Assembly (NCBI GenBank): GCA_963669175.1
Contig: OY769902.1
Span: 4,320,001-4,384,000 of the forward strand
Reading direction: 5' to 3'
Origin: a bacterium
GTDB taxonomy: Bacteria; Electryoneota; Electryoneia; Electryoneales; Electryoneaceae
Length of the DNA: 64,000 nt
Positions 20,801 through 32,251 of the stretch are shown in pieces; position 1 is the first letter of the stretch, and the number at the start of each line of letters is the position of its first letter. A program made the translations under genes and the position numbers. A model generated the notes under the pieces. That model was not told where the DNA came from, did no database searches, and saw only the letters and a list, made by a program, of their open reading frames with translations.

Positions 20801-21617
20801 GCGAGCCGATAGTTACGACAACTCCTTCAAGCGCAGCGCCTGTTTCAGAGTCTGTTACGGTTCCAGAAAGATTGGCTGTACCGGAAGGCGCCTCATCTTC
20901 TTCTGAGTGAACAAGAACATTATCAACTACCCAGAAGTAAGCATAGTTGGCGTCATAATAACGGAACCTGATCTGGACTTCACTGTTGCCGGCAGCTTCT
21001 TCCGAAATGTCCAGGTTGTTGATGTTGTCTTCACTGTCTTCAAGATAAAACTCAAGGACGTTGACCCATGTATCGCCACCATCCACAGTGACATCAACAT
21101 CGCAAACCTCTTCATCGTAGTACCAGAAGAAGCTGGAAAAGGAAAGATAAACTGTTTCCAAATCCGAACAATCAAACACAGGAGATATCAACTGTTCATC
21201 CAGGTCGACTTGCCCCATATTATCCGAATCAACGATGGCAAACTCGCTATCAAATCCTTCAATAATTCTGGTTCCGAAGTTTCGCCGCCACGTATAGCCA
21301 TCATCAGAACCATCGACAACGATCCAATGTTCGGGGATTCCATTTTCAAAGGTTTCGTACAGGATAGTTTCATCCAGTTCGCCCCGACGCGGAGTCCAAC
21401 CACTACGATCTCCAGCGGCTTCAACGCGATCCAGGATTTCCGGGTGTTCTTTCAATAGCAGGTTTTGCTGTGGGGTTAAAACGTGGTTCTGCCATACCGC
21501 AAGCTGCAGCTCTTTCAATTCTTCACGCGATGCTGCAAAAACGCTTGTCACCAGTAGTAGGCAAATGCCGAGTGAAAGTAAAGCTTTTCGATGAAACATG
21601 TGCTGCTCCTCCGTCAA
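17856..21617 (-). CDS. Large secreted multidomain protein: adhesin/choice-of-anchor-like domain, carboxypeptidase-regulatory-like repeats, OB folds, C-terminal sorting domain
   Basis: Signal peptide; DEQLISP..WVVDNV; five (L/I/V)SG(T/V)...G.Y repeats; YIQDESG and DDGSGA OB-fold motifs; YPNPFNP...RKITLVR. Confidence 0.85.
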   Translation of the reverse strand: MTEEQHMFHRKALLSLGICLLLVTSVFAASREELKELQLAVWQNHVLTPQQNLLLKEHPEILDRVEAAGDRSGWTPRRGELDETILYETFENGIPEHWIVVDGSDDGYTWRRNFGTRIIEGFDSEFAIVDSDNMGQVDLDEQLISPVFDCSDLETVYLSFSSFFWYYDEEVCDVDVTVDGGDTWVNVLEFYLEDSEDNINNLDISEEAAGNSEVQIRFRYYDANYAYFWVVDNVLVHSEEDEAPSGTANLSGTVTDSETGAALEGVVVTIGSHSATTDDRGGYSIEGCVIGQNSVEIPSASGYYAYAEAIELSDGFNTVNVELDPWPEEGMHYFEVIEYSWQAVSENATDLELGDDASVLLTFADYGLGDFTWYDAAYRDMYVNSNGRISFTNSDAVGYPYSNPTPNEFEPNSLLSIFGADLNPADEGADGAVYAEVVDGKLVITWSEVVYYNTDDTENTFQCVMDFDTREIVVNYNTISAHPEDAIVAIGYEDQDGEIGLQVYYGVDDNMPILDGEVSGRIYYDWTTGSISGTVMDADGDAIENATVSLTPQGGLPLMVFTDEEGHYRFGSLSPGTYSVSAEYDGYVTGTQEGIEVEAGDFIVVDFNLTTGTNASLSGTIQDEATHPLMQINVSLTPETGFPFVTTSDGSGHYELLDLTPGTYSLRAEYDGYDPYVQDGIELVTGQAEVINITMIWSTTANVSGVITDDDGNALGGVTVTMTPNTGDTRTTTSDAHGYYEIADIVPEIYSLSTDFAGYIPYTQNGIDLSAGDIETIDITLSAYTTGNISGTIIDSDDNPMENVLVAIQPDEGLLQTVYTDRLGYYEFDELAPATYDLVAVIEDYAPYIQAGIEVEAGDFEVIDITLALIVTYSIENIQTSVEAGTWVTTTGTVTLPTNSIHTDRFDCYIQDESGYGVMLYDSEAIDPADNLNRGDQIQVTGQVVEYNGITELVYFEYEVLSTGNDLPTPYTGTTATIAGQQALEGAWAEILGQLESDPETGSYALSIDDGSGAVQVYINEAADLDLSDFAEDDWIVIRGPIGLYNNVVQIIPSMAEDFNAPILEAPASMSATREDGSPSVELSWTFTGDDETYTFDEFIIFRNGDALAEVDTIGFIDDLTGEAVGAYSYYVVASFVEGNSANSDTASVNWDGVGVNENLFSTVPTEYSIARAYPNPFNPTMTAVIGLPDAAELNVRVFNILGEQVSVLAQGRFAQGYHAFTFDATNLSSGIYFIRAHVPGKMNTVRKITLVR

Positions 21618-21793
21618 TGATCAAATCTCAACGCACAAGTGGATCGTTCATGCGTTATCGTACAAATAACTTCCTGTACCAACTTCCCGCATGAAAAGCT
21701 CGTTACAAATTTCCTCCCTGTTTATTGTTTGCCTGGATCATCGAATGCCATCGCGGCGCCATGCCAGATGGACTTCAAAACAAACCAGTTGAG

Positions 21794-22396
21794 TCATGCT
21801 TTTACCAGGGGCCAAAGATCTTCCGCCATTCGCCTGGCTTTTCCGTCAATATCAATTGACGGGTTGAATGCCCAAAGACTCATGAGACCGCGATACATGG
21901 AGAAGTACGTTAATGCAAAATGGTTGCAATCAACGTCTTTTCTCACGTATCCCCGCTGTTTTCCGGAATCGAGGGCCGTTTCCAGATCATGGATAACGCG
22001 CTCGTAGCTTTCGGAAATCCTGTTTCGCAGGGATTCGTTGTTTTTGGCAACCTCATAGAGGAAACGAGGCACTGCAGAAGGATCACCGGATACATCATCC
22101 GGCGTGGCGCCAGCCCAGATGTTTGTGTCCGTTTTCAAGTGTTGGAAAACGGCGCGAAGTTGTTCCGACGTGTTTTGTTGACTGTCGATTGAAGACTTTA
22201 TGCGCAGGTAATTCTGCTGCATATAAGAGTCTACAACCGCTTCAGCGAGCGACTGCTTACTACTGAAATAGTGATATAATCCACCCTTGGAGACTTTCGC
22301 TCTTTGGGCGATATCACTTACGGATACCGAGTTATACCCATATTTCAGAAATAACCAGACCGCTGCTTGCAGGATGTTAGTCTTGGTGTTCATCAA
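21794..22396 (-). CDS. TetR/AcrR family transcriptional regulator
   Basis: ILQAAVWLF...SVSDIAQRAKVSKGGLYHYFSSK HTH. Confidence 0.95.
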   Translation of the reverse strand: MMNTKTNILQAAVWLFLKYGYNSVSVSDIAQRAKVSKGGLYHYFSSKQSLAEAVVDSYMQQNYLRIKSSIDSQQNTSEQLRAVFQHLKTDTNIWAGATPDDVSGDPSAVPRFLYEVAKNNESLRNRISESYERVIHDLETALDSGKQRGYVRKDVDCNHFALTYFSMYRGLMSLWAFNPSIDIDGKARRMAEDLWPLVKA

Positions 22397-22618
22397 AGTA
22401 TCCCGTGCAAACAGACTTTTAGCAACGTCAGGTATCTAAATAATCGAAAATTTACTCGCTAAATCAAGTGCTCTAAGTCACAAGAGTGCATATTTTTCAT
22501 GGTAAGCCTCGCAATAAGCAAGTTAATCAAGGTATATCCGGCCCGGCATGCACCAACAGACTCCCAGAAAACCGGGCAATATTTGCACTTCTTTCGCTGA
22601 TGAGATACTCGATGGTTG

Positions 22619-22682
22619 TCCCCGGCTCGCTTATTCGCCCCGGCTCGATTGTTTTTCCCCGGTTCGCTTGTTTACCCCGGCC
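22619..22682. repeat. Short tandem repeat, about 3.5 copies of CCCCGG(C/T)TCG(C/A)TT(A/G)TT
   Basis: Seen directly in the atpC-tetR intergenic region. Confidence 0.55.
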
Positions 22683-22739
22683 AGGCATGGCCGGGCTACT
22701 TTTTTCACTTTCAACTTTTTTCACTTCATAGAGATAAAA

Positions 22740-22767
22740 CATCCCTCCCCGAATCCGGAGAGGGATG
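22740..22767 (-). terminator. Terminator of the atp operon
   Basis: CATCCCTC...GAGGGATG hairpin with a T run on the minus strand. Confidence 0.6.
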
Positions 22768-22806
22768 ACTGCAATCAAACAAAACCTGGCGAAGGGGTTG
22801 TGACTG

Positions 22807-23223
22807 CTACGCTCCGCCTTTCGCTTTTCGGGCGATCCGGAGCCTGTTTTCAGCACGAGCCTTGGCGAGCCGGAACTTGTCGACATCTTCAGGTTTGACA
22901 TCCATCAACCGTTCGATCGACCGCTGTTTTGCGGTTTCGGCACGTTCCAGGTCAATCGCGCTTGCGTCTTCTGCGGTTTCCACCAGCAGTAGAAACTTGC
23001 CCGGGCTGACATCCGCAATGCCACCGGACGTTGCGAAGACTTTATCTTCGCCACCGGCTATGCGCACATCAATCTCGCCGATTTCAAGCGGTGTGATGAA
23101 TGGCGTATGCCCATCCAGCACCCCGAAGGAGCCTTGCACACCTGGTGCACGTACATGCTCCACATCGCCTGTAAACACCACCCCACTCGGGGTGACGATA
23201 TCCAGAGTGAACGTCTTTGCCAT
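22807..23223 (-). CDS. atpC: ATP synthase F1 epsilon
   Basis: LDIVTP, GSFGVLDGHTP, SGG and ID..RA motifs; operon position. Confidence 0.96.
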   Translation of the reverse strand: MAKTFTLDIVTPSGVVFTGDVEHVRAPGVQGSFGVLDGHTPFITPLEIGEIDVRIAGGEDKVFATSGGIADVSPGKFLLLVETAEDASAIDLERAETAKQRSIERLMDVKPEDVDKFRLAKARAENRLRIARKAKGGA

Positions 23224-23238
23224 GCTACACGCCTATCG

Positions 23239-24723
<1,485 letters not shown>

Positions 24724-25602
24724 TCACTTCAATGCTTCCGCACCGCTGACCACTTCCAGAATTTCGTTCGTAATGGCAGCCTGACGCGCCTTATTGAATT
24801 CCAGGGTCAGCCTTTCGATAAGTTCGCCCGCGCTCTTGGTCGCATTCTCCATGGCGTTCATTCGAGCTGCCTGTTCTGCAGCGAATGATTCCAGAAGTAC
24901 ACGCCACAACGCAACATTCAGGTACAACGGCAACACCGCTTCAAGTACTGCCGTCTCATCAGGTTCATAGATGAAGTCAGTTGGAAACTCCTCATCTTCC
25001 GCCAGTTCGGGAATGATGGGAAGAATCTGCTCGAGAATGACTTCCTGCTGGACCACGTTTTTGAATTCGTTGTAAACAACGTATACACGGTCCAAGCCAA
25101 GATCATCTATGAAGCCCAGTTCATACAGTTTACGAATATCGCCACCGATGATAGAAGCGGCTTCAAAATTGAAGTCCTTGTCCAGGCCGATATGGTGCTG
25201 GATGACATTTCCGCCACGTTTCCGGAAATAATCATACCCTCTTCTTCCGATCGCGATCAACTGTACCTGCCGGGCATTGACCTGCTGTTCCTTGATAAAC
25301 AGCTCTGCTTTGCGGCAGATGTTGTTATTGAAACCGCCGGCCAAACCTCGGTCACTGGTAACGACAATGATACCAATGTCCTCAGGTTCACGTACCTGCA
25401 AGAGCGGGTGCTTGTCGGGGTCGCTACGCGCCGCCAGGTCACAGATCATGACTTTCAGCTTGTCCGAATACGGACGTGCTTTCATCATGTCTTCCTGTGC
25501 GCGCCGCAACTTGGCCGCTGCGACCATCTTCATCGCACGAGTGATTTGCTTCGTGGACTCGACGGACGCAATGCGCCGCTTTATCTGCTTTAGTGAAGGC
25601 AT
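24724..25602 (-). CDS. atpG: ATP synthase F1 gamma
   Basis: QITRAMKMVAAAK, SDRGLAGGFN and RQAAITNEILE motifs. Confidence 0.98.
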   Translation of the reverse strand: MPSLKQIKRRIASVESTKQITRAMKMVAAAKLRRAQEDMMKARPYSDKLKVMICDLAARSDPDKHPLLQVREPEDIGIIVVTSDRGLAGGFNNNICRKAELFIKEQQVNARQVQLIAIGRRGYDYFRKRGGNVIQHHIGLDKDFNFEAASIIGGDIRKLYELGFIDDLGLDRVYVVYNEFKNVVQQEVILEQILPIIPELAEDEEFPTDFIYEPDETAVLEAVLPLYLNVALWRVLLESFAAEQAARMNAMENATKSAGELIERLTLEFNKARQAAITNEILEVVSGAEALK

Positions 25603-25641
25603 ATGCGCCTACCCGTCATGACTGCGTCTGCGACGACTGCT

Positions 25642-27174
25642 TTACGCTACCGTAGCTTTCGGCGCGGTTACAGTAAAGGTCGCCTTGAACTCGTCTGCCG
25701 CCTTCCGAATCTTCTCTTCGAGGGCCTTGTCGATCTTGCCCTGCTCATCGATACCCTTGAAGATATCCGGATGCTGATTGGCGATAAACTTCACGTTCTC
25801 TTTGGTATACCGGTCGACATCTTTCACGGGCACATCATCAAGATACCCGTTAATCGCTGCCCAGAACGTGACCACCTGATGCGACAGATCCCAAGGTGAA
25901 TACTGCGGCTGCTTCATAATTTCCAGCAGACACGCACCACGCTTCAGCTTGTTCAGTGTCGACTTGTCCAAGTCGCTGCCGAATTTGGCAAACGCTGCGA
26001 GGTTGCGGTAGTCAGCCAATTCCAGCTTTATCTTACCGGCCACCTGCTTCATCGCCTTGGTTTGGGCGTTACCACCTACACGGGATACGGAAATACCTAC
26101 GTTCAACGCAGGGCGCTGACCGGAGTAGAACAATTCCGTTTCCAGGAAGATCTGACCGTCCGTAATCGAAATCACGTTGGTCGGAATGTAGGCGGACACG
26201 TCACCGGCCTGGGTTTCAATGATGGGCAACGCTGTCAGCGAGCCACCGCCCAAGTCGTCACGCAACTTGGCCGCACGTTCCAGCAGACGGCTGTGCAGGT
26301 AGAATACGTCGCCCGGATACGCTTCACGTCCCGGAGGACGACGCAGCAGCAGGGAAAGCTGCCGGTAGGCCCAGGCGTGCTTCGTAAGGTCGTCGTATAC
26401 GCACAGTGCGTGCTTGCCTTTGTCGCGGAAATATTCACCAATCGCTGCACCGGCAAACGGGGCAAGATAGAGCAACGGCGCCGGTTCTACAGCCGTAGAA
26501 CTGATCACGATGGTATGCTCCATCGCGCCGTGGTCTTCCAGTGTCTTCACTACGTTCGCAATGGTCGAGCCCTTCTGGCCGATAGCGACGTAGATACAGA
26601 TCACGTCCTTGCCCTTCTGGTTGATAATGGTATCAACAGCGAGGGTGGTTTTACCGGTTTGGCGGTCGCCAATGATCAGCTCGCGCTGTCCACGGCCAAT
26701 CGGGATCATCGAGTCAATAGCTTTAATTCCCGTCTGCAGCGGTTCATCCACCGGCTGACGGGTGATAACGCCTGTTCCCTTACGTTCAATCGGGGAACGT
26801 TCTGTTGTCGCGATGTCGCCTTTGCCGTCCAGCGGGAAACCGAGCGGATTGATGACGCGGCCAATCATGGCCTCGCCCACGGGGATATCGACCAGACGTC
26901 CCGTCCGCTTGGCGATGTCGCCTTCCTTGATGTTGCTGTCACTGCCGAACAGTACGCAACCGACGTTGTCCTCTTCCAGGTTCATCGCCATGCCGTAAAC
27001 CGGGCCGGGAAACTCTACCAGCTCGGATGCCATGACGCTGTCCAGGCCATGAACACGGGCGATACCGTCACCGACCATGATAACGGTGCCGACCTCGTCG
27101 GTTTCAACTTCGGCGGAATACTCCTCGATCCGTTTCTTGATGATCGAGGTAATTTCTTCCGGTCGAATCTGCAT
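25642..27174 (-). CDS. atpA: ATP synthase F1 alpha
   Basis: GDRQTGKT and [23 protein letters not shown] motifs. Confidence 0.99.
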   Translation of the reverse strand: MQIRPEEITSIIKKRIEEYSAEVETDEVGTVIMVGDGIARVHGLDSVMASELVEFPGPVYGMAMNLEEDNVGCVLFGSDSNIKEGDIAKRTGRLVDIPVGEAMIGRVINPLGFPLDGKGDIATTERSPIERKGTGVITRQPVDEPLQTGIKAIDSMIPIGRGQRELIIGDRQTGKTTLAVDTIINQKGKDVICIYVAIGQKGSTIANVVKTLEDHGAMEHTIVISSTAVEPAPLLYLAPFAGAAIGEYFRDKGKHALCVYDDLTKHAWAYRQLSLLLRRPPGREAYPGDVFYLHSRLLERAAKLRDDLGGGSLTALPIIETQAGDVSAYIPTNVISITDGQIFLETELFYSGQRPALNVGISVSRVGGNAQTKAMKQVAGKIKLELADYRNLAAFAKFGSDLDKSTLNKLKRGACLLEIMKQPQYSPWDLSHQVVTFWAAINGYLDDVPVKDVDRYTKENVKFIANQHPDIFKGIDEQGKIDKALEEKIRKAADEFKATFTVTAPKATVA

Positions 27175-27212
27175 GGGTCCTCCGCAACGGCGCGCGCTGG
27201 CGCCGTGTTCAA

Positions 27213-27743
27213 TCAGGCGCTGACCCTGCGCCGGATTTCACTGATTGATCTCTCTACGCTGGCGTCGATGATCCTGTCTCCGAACCGAAGACGGAAGCCG
27301 GCAATAATCGAGGGGTCTACTTTGCGGGAAAGGATGATTTCTGCATCCAATTCCTTCTTGAGGTAGTCCACGAATGGTGTCGTTTCGTCCTCTTCCAACT
27401 CGATTGCCGTGGTCAGTGTGGCTCGCACCACGCCGCGTTCCTGATCGTACAAGGCGGAAAGAGCCGGGTACACATCCTCAAGGATGGCTTCCCGCTTTTT
27501 CTCGATCAGTACTTTCAGGAATGTCCGTACCAGTTCGGGAGTGTCGGCGAACGCCTCGTCCACTACCTCCAGCTTTTTCGGCTGCGGAACCTGATGCCCT
27601 ACCCAGAATTGGCGCAGAACCGGGGATTCGTAGGCTTCATGGATCAGCTTCATCGCCTCCATGACATCATCTACGTCCCCAGCGTCCTTGGCCGCCTCGT
27701 ATAGGCCTTCCGCATAGCGTCTTGCCAGTTTGGGATCACTCAC
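27213..27743 (-). CDS. atpH: ATP synthase F1 delta
   Basis: ARRYAEGL and VDPSIIAG...IDASV motifs. Confidence 0.95.
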   Translation of the reverse strand: MSDPKLARRYAEGLYEAAKDAGDVDDVMEAMKLIHEAYESPVLRQFWVGHQVPQPKKLEVVDEAFADTPELVRTFLKVLIEKKREAILEDVYPALSALYDQERGVVRATLTTAIELEEDETTPFVDYLKKELDAEIILSRKVDPSIIAGFRLRFGDRIIDASVERSISEIRRRVSA

Positions 27744-28324
27744 GACTTCTTCTCCAACATCTCAAGACGTTGTTGAATAATCCGTATCTGATCTTCGCGG
27801 GAGAAACTTTCCGCGATGGCTTTGGACGCAACCTCAGCAGTGACATCAGCAATCCTGGCCCGAATGTCGGATTCAACTTTCGCCTTTTCAGCTTCGATTT
27901 CACCCTTGGCACGAGCGATCAGCTTGTCACCTTCTTCACGGGCGCTACTCTTCGCCTGTTCAATGATGGTGTTGGCGTCATGCTCGGCTTTGGCGAGGCG
28001 ATCGTTGATCTCCTGGGACGCGCTCTTCAGCTTGTCTTCGTACTCAGTAAGCAGTCTTGCTGCTTCGTCCCGATCTTTCTTGGCCTGCTCGATGTCGTTC
28101 CTGATTGCGTCTTCACGCGCCTGCAAGCCCTTGACAATTGGCCCCCAGGCGAACTTCCACAAGATCAGAAGCAGGATAATGAAGGTCAGCAGCGTCCAGA
28201 GCATACTGCCCGGCGCCACACTCAAAATGGCATTCAGACCGCCGCCTTCTCCCCCACTCGCGAAGACCGCCGCCGGCAATAAACCAAGAGCCAGTGTAAC
28301 GAGGTATTTAAGCTCCCTCATCAC
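27740..28324 (-). CDS. atpF: ATP synthase Fo subunit b (signal-peptide-like N-extension)
   Basis: WTLLTFIILLLILWKFAWGPI...R membrane anchor followed by coiled coil. Confidence 0.95.
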   Translation of the reverse strand: MMRELKYLVTLALGLLPAAVFASGGEGGGLNAILSVAPGSMLWTLLTFIILLLILWKFAWGPIVKGLQAREDAIRNDIEQAKKDRDEAARLLTEYEDKLKSASQEINDRLAKAEHDANTIIEQAKSSAREEGDKLIARAKGEIEAEKAKVESDIRARIADVTAEVASKAIAESFSREDQIRIIQQRLEMLEKKS

Positions 28325-28348
28325 GACTCCCTTCGGTTGGCGGTTAGG

Positions 28349-28585
28349 TTACTTCAGGGCTACGAGCATACAAATAACGGCGTTGAAGAACGCCACGCCT
28401 TCGATCAGCGCTGCTGCGATAATCATCGGAGTCTGGATCTTGGCTTGAGCTTCCGGCTGACGCGCAATGCCGTCCATCGCCTGGCCACCAATACGGCCAA
28501 TACCAAGAGCAGCACCCAGCGTTACCAAGCCGGCGCCCAATGCGGCGCCCAAGTACGCGAGACCAGCCAGGTCAATACCTTCCAT
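28349..28585 (-). CDS. atpE: ATP synthase Fo subunit c (probably H+-type)
   Basis: Start reassigned to MEGIDLAG after a GAGGAA RBS; ARQPE loop; IEG with carboxylate but no Na+-type E-S/T signature. Confidence 0.96.
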   Translation of the reverse strand: MEGIDLAGLAYLGAALGAGLVTLGAALGIGRIGGQAMDGIARQPEAQAKIQTPMIIAAALIEGVAFFNAVICMLVALK

Positions 28586-28720
28586 CGTTCCTCTTCTCCT
28601 TCTTTGAAGACGTAACCGCCTTCGTGCGTTGAACCTTGAAACGACTTGCAGTAAATCGTTGTATCGTTTTGCTTCTTTTGCTTCCAACCTATCCCCGGAC
28701 AAGCATGTCCGGGCTACAGC

Positions 28721-29902
28721 TTAATGTCCGTGCAGCGCCTGGCCGACGAAAATACTCGCCAGCATGACAAAGATGTATGCCTGCAGGAAGGCCACGAACA
28801 GTTCCAGCATGCTGATGACAACCGCGCCCGGAACGCTCGCAAATGCAATCCACGGCGACATGATCAGCGCCAGGAACACCCCGATGACCGTATGGCCCGC
28901 CAGCATGTTCGCAAACAAACGAATGCACAACGCGAAATGCTTTACAAACAACCCGAAAATTTCAATCGGGAAAAGAAGCGGGATAACAAATACGGGAACA
29001 CCGTGCGGTATGAACGAAGCGATATACTTTAGACCATGTGACTTGAAGCCGGCGAAGATAACCGCAAACAACATCATGATCGCCAGACCGGCAGTCATGT
29101 TGATATTTCCGGTTGCAGCCGTGCCCCAGGGAATCATGCCCATCAGGTTGCTGAACAGGATGAGGAAAAATGCAGTCAGGAAGAAAGGCAGCCAGGCTCG
29201 ACCTGACTTTTCCCCCATATTCGGGTAAATCACTTCGTCACGAATGAAAACAACCAGTACTTCCAGGAAATTGCCGAAACCGTGAGGAACTTCGCCCTTA
29301 CGTGTTCTGGCCATACCCGGAATCACCAGCAGGATTACCAGTATCGCTGCAATCAACAACCCAAGCATGTGCTTGGTCATCGGGATACCATGTGCGTACT
29401 GTTCGCCGAGGAATGAGAAATCGCCCTTGATTACCGGCAGATGAACCGGGCCGAATGGTGTATCGTAGGCTTTGGCATCCGTAAGGTGGTGTGCCAGGAT
29501 TCCCATAACATCAGCGCCGGCTTCTTCTTCAGCATGTTCCGCGCCATGGCCATGTGCAGCCGCGTGATGAATCCCCGCTTCAGTGTGAACCTCGCCATGG
29601 GCATCATGATCTTCAACCGGCGCAGCTTCGCCATGACCGTCATGCGCTTCGACAGTCGCCGCGGCACGAGGACGTTCATCGCTGGGATGCGTGGCTTCGT
29701 GGGATTCTTCACCATGATGGGTTTGCGCCAGGAGCGGCGCTTCACATTGATCAGTGCAACCTGCACCGTGCTGGAGGGACTCACCGGACTCTGCCGTCCG
29801 AACCATTGCCATTTCATTTCCGGCGGTCGCAAGACCAACCAGACCAGCGGTTAACACTATGAAAACCGCTACGATCCCGAAAGCGTGTCGCCCCCGAATC
29901 AT
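28721..29902 (-). CDS. atpB: ATP synthase Fo subunit a with long His/Glu-rich N-terminal extension
   Basis: NLMGMIPW, ATGNIN, RLFANMLAGH and ELFVAFLQAYIF motifs. Confidence 0.97.
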   Translation of the reverse strand: MIRGRHAFGIVAVFIVLTAGLVGLATAGNEMAMVRTAESGESLQHGAGCTDQCEAPLLAQTHHGEESHEATHPSDERPRAAATVEAHDGHGEAAPVEDHDAHGEVHTEAGIHHAAAHGHGAEHAEEEAGADVMGILAHHLTDAKAYDTPFGPVHLPVIKGDFSFLGEQYAHGIPMTKHMLGLLIAAILVILLVIPGMARTRKGEVPHGFGNFLEVLVVFIRDEVIYPNMGEKSGRAWLPFFLTAFFLILFSNLMGMIPWGTAATGNINMTAGLAIMMLFAVIFAGFKSHGLKYIASFIPHGVPVFVIPLLFPIEIFGLFVKHFALCIRLFANMLAGHTVIGVFLALIMSPWIAFASVPGAVVISMLELFVAFLQAYIFVMLASIFVGQALHGH

Positions 29903-30192
29903 CGGCTACCCCGTTTTAAGGTTCTGATCGCTGCTAACGTAGTGACTATCAGCGCAACCAAGTAGGCCGTCACCGTACCAATCGCCGCAACAGGTGGTGG
30001 ATACTGCATTACTTTGAGTGCAAGTACAAATACGATTATCCCGATTGTTGCCTTGGCAGCAAGGGAAAACATGAACCCCTGAAAAACTCTATCGTACTTT
30101 TGCTTGCGGATAGGCGACATTAACAACAGCCAACCAGCGCCTGTCATCACCACCGTCGCCGCTAAAAAGAACAAAAGCGTCATTGTACTCAC
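29899..30192 (-). CDS. AtpI-like membrane protein
   Basis: Hydrophobic 97-aa ORF overlapping the atpB start. Confidence 0.6.
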   Translation of the reverse strand: MSTMTLLFFLAATVVMTGAGWLLLMSPIRKQKYDRVFQGFMFSLAAKATIGIIVFVLALKVMQYPPPVAAIGTVTAYLVALIVTTLAAIRTLKRGSR

Positions 30193-30498
30193 GAAGGCTG
30201 TTCCAGGCAGCTACGCGTTGCCCAAAACACGAATGAGATGTCCGTAGCAAAGAATTGACACGAGTCTTGCTTCCCTGCGTTCACACCGGACCCTCGCGGG
30301 TTACCATGACGTTTCCTGTTATGCGACAATCGCCAATTCTTCGCGCCGCCTCCCTGAAGATTTGAAGAATCAGCAAGTTGCCTAACAATTTGTGAAAAGA
30401 AGTACCTGCAAAGATAAGGGTCGACTGCATCAATTACAACCCATTGGCTCGGTGACTCCGGGCAAGTTACGCCTAACTTTGTGATTTATAGTGCATGA

Positions 30499-30801
30499 TT
30501 ATTTACTTTCAGGTGGATTGGAATCGGACTCCTTCTCCTCCTCCTCCTGCGCTTCTGAGAACTGCTTCACTTTCATTATGAGCCAATACATGCCCATTCC
30601 AGCGCCCCATAGCGTCCCAATAATGAGAAAAACCGGAGATGTTCCTATCCAGTTGTCCAGCCAGCGACCAACAAAAAAACCCACAACGACCGTAATCGCC
30701 AGGGTTAATGATGTTTGAAATGCCAAATCCGCCCAGCCGCTGTATGCGCCGCGCTTCTCTTCCTCGGCAGGTCTGACACGCTTGTACTTAAACAGGTTCA
30801 C
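30499..30801 (-). CDS. AtpZ/AtpI family protein
   Basis: GFFVGRWLDNWIGTSPVFLIIG motif. Confidence 0.85.
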   Translation of the reverse strand: MNLFKYKRVRPAEEEKRGAYSGWADLAFQTSLTLAITVVVGFFVGRWLDNWIGTSPVFLIIGTLWGAGMGMYWLIMKVKQFSEAQEEEEKESDSNPPESK

Positions 30802-31323
30802 TTAATTGACCTGTGCTGCAGCCGGTTCTTCCTCTTCTTCCTCAATCTGTGAACCTTCATCATCATACAGGGTAATGCCGGTTCCTGCGACCTGCTTGCT
30901 TTGCGCAACGGCCAACTTCAGCGTGGGCGCTATTTCACCTTCGCCCTGACGCTTCCGTAATGCTTCAACCGCTTCAGATCCCATACCACTGTTGCCGTTG
31001 AACTTCGCGCCTTCAAACACTACCAGGGTGTTCGTGGCCAGATCGCCATTCATCTCGGCGCTGCCTTCGAGCACCAGTCTGCTCTTGGCGACAACAGAAC
31101 CAGTCACGCGCCCACCGATGACCACCTGATCCGCATCAATGCTGCCCGTCAGTCTTCCCTTATGGCCAATCGTCACTGTCCCCTGGCATTGCAGGATACC
31201 TTCGAACGAACCGTCAACACGGATCGAACCTTTCAAGCTCAGCTTGCCGGACAGACTCGCATCATCACCGATAATCGATGACATCACGTCATTGAGTCCG
31301 TCCCTAACTTTGTTCCGTGCCAC
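30802..31323 (-). CDS. Bactofilin (polymer-forming cytoskeletal protein)
   Basis: SIIG...LSGKL..IRVDG.FEG beta-helix repeats and EGAKFNG; adjacent to an M23 gene. Confidence 0.93.
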   Translation of the reverse strand: MARNKVRDGLNDVMSSIIGDDASLSGKLSLKGSIRVDGSFEGILQCQGTVTIGHKGRLTGSIDADQVVIGGRVTGSVVAKSRLVLEGSAEMNGDLATNTLVVFEGAKFNGNSGMGSEAVEALRKRQGEGEIAPTLKLAVAQSKQVAGTGITLYDDEGSQIEEEEEEPAAAQVN

Positions 31324-32188
31324 TTGTCTTCTCCACAGCTTGATGCAAAATCGTCAATGGATCAACTGTATTTCCCTTAATCCATATCTCGAAATGTAAA
31401 TGCGGGGCCGTACTGATGCCCGAATTGCCCGATAGCGCCAGAACCGTTCCCGGTTCCACGCTATCATGCTTGCTCACAAGCAGTATCTGGTTGTGTCCAT
31501 ATACAGACAGCACACCATCACCATGATCAATGATCACACGGTTTCCCAACCGTGGTGTCCAGTCAGCCGCGATCACCACTCCGGCAGCGCTGGCCCGGAC
31601 GGGTGTGCCACGAGGCACCGCGATATCGACACCCGTATGACTCTGGCTTGGATCAACAACATTGGGCTCATAGCCACGTGTGATAAAACCATCTACAGGC
31701 CAGCGTTGCGGCATATTGGCCCCGGCGATGGCAAACATGGATTCCTTCAGCAGCCAGCCCGGTTCAGCATCGGTTACTCTCGTCTGCCTGATCTGCAACC
31801 ATGACTCGTTCGCCATGGGATCCGCAACAGGTTCAGGTATTGAGATCTCCTGCATTTCAAATCCGGGACTCGTCTCACCACCGGCAGTCAGACTGCGCTG
31901 CAACTGCCTGCTCAGGCTCTGCAATTCATCCAGGTCCGCACTGATCGCCTGAATCCGTGCAACCTCTGCCCGCAATTGACGGTTCTCTGATTTATATCGG
32001 GACAAATCAATGGTTTGTTTAACCATAAACAGATATAAAAGGATTGCCACCACTACAATTGCCACAGTAATCATGGCGGCAATTGTCAGCCCGCGCGCCC
32101 TGCCCACAGACAACCGCCACTCCTTGGGACGGTCTTCCAGGGGACGATACCACAGGATCAGATGATGTGGTCCTTCTGCCCGCTTCAC
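31304..32188 (-). CDS. M23 family metallopeptidase
   Basis: HTGVD, YGHN and STAPHLHFE motifs. Confidence 0.94.
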   Translation of the reverse strand: MKRAEGPHHLILWYRPLEDRPKEWRLSVGRARGLTIAAMITVAIVVVAILLYLFMVKQTIDLSRYKSENRQLRAEVARIQAISADLDELQSLSRQLQRSLTAGGETSPGFEMQEISIPEPVADPMANESWLQIRQTRVTDAEPGWLLKESMFAIAGANMPQRWPVDGFITRGYEPNVVDPSQSHTGVDIAVPRGTPVRASAAGVVIAADWTPRLGNRVIIDHGDGVLSVYGHNQILLVSKHDSVEPGTVLALSGNSGISTAPHLHFEIWIKGNTVDPLTILHQAVEKTSGTEQS

Positions 32189-32251
32189 GTTATTCCTTAC
32201 CAGATCGTAACTTCTTCAAAAGGAGAAATGTAGCTCTCCTCCCCAACCATG

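Noticed and set aside
26062-27366. Long antisense ORFs (also 23107-23874, 24073-24888, 51624-52628, 32804-33616)
   Set aside because: Shadows of highly conserved genes on the opposite strand (atpA, atpD, gdhA, ankyrin).
28586-28702. N-terminal extension of AtpE given by the ORF track
   Set aside because: A strong RBS precedes the ATG at 28585, giving a normal 78-aa c subunit.
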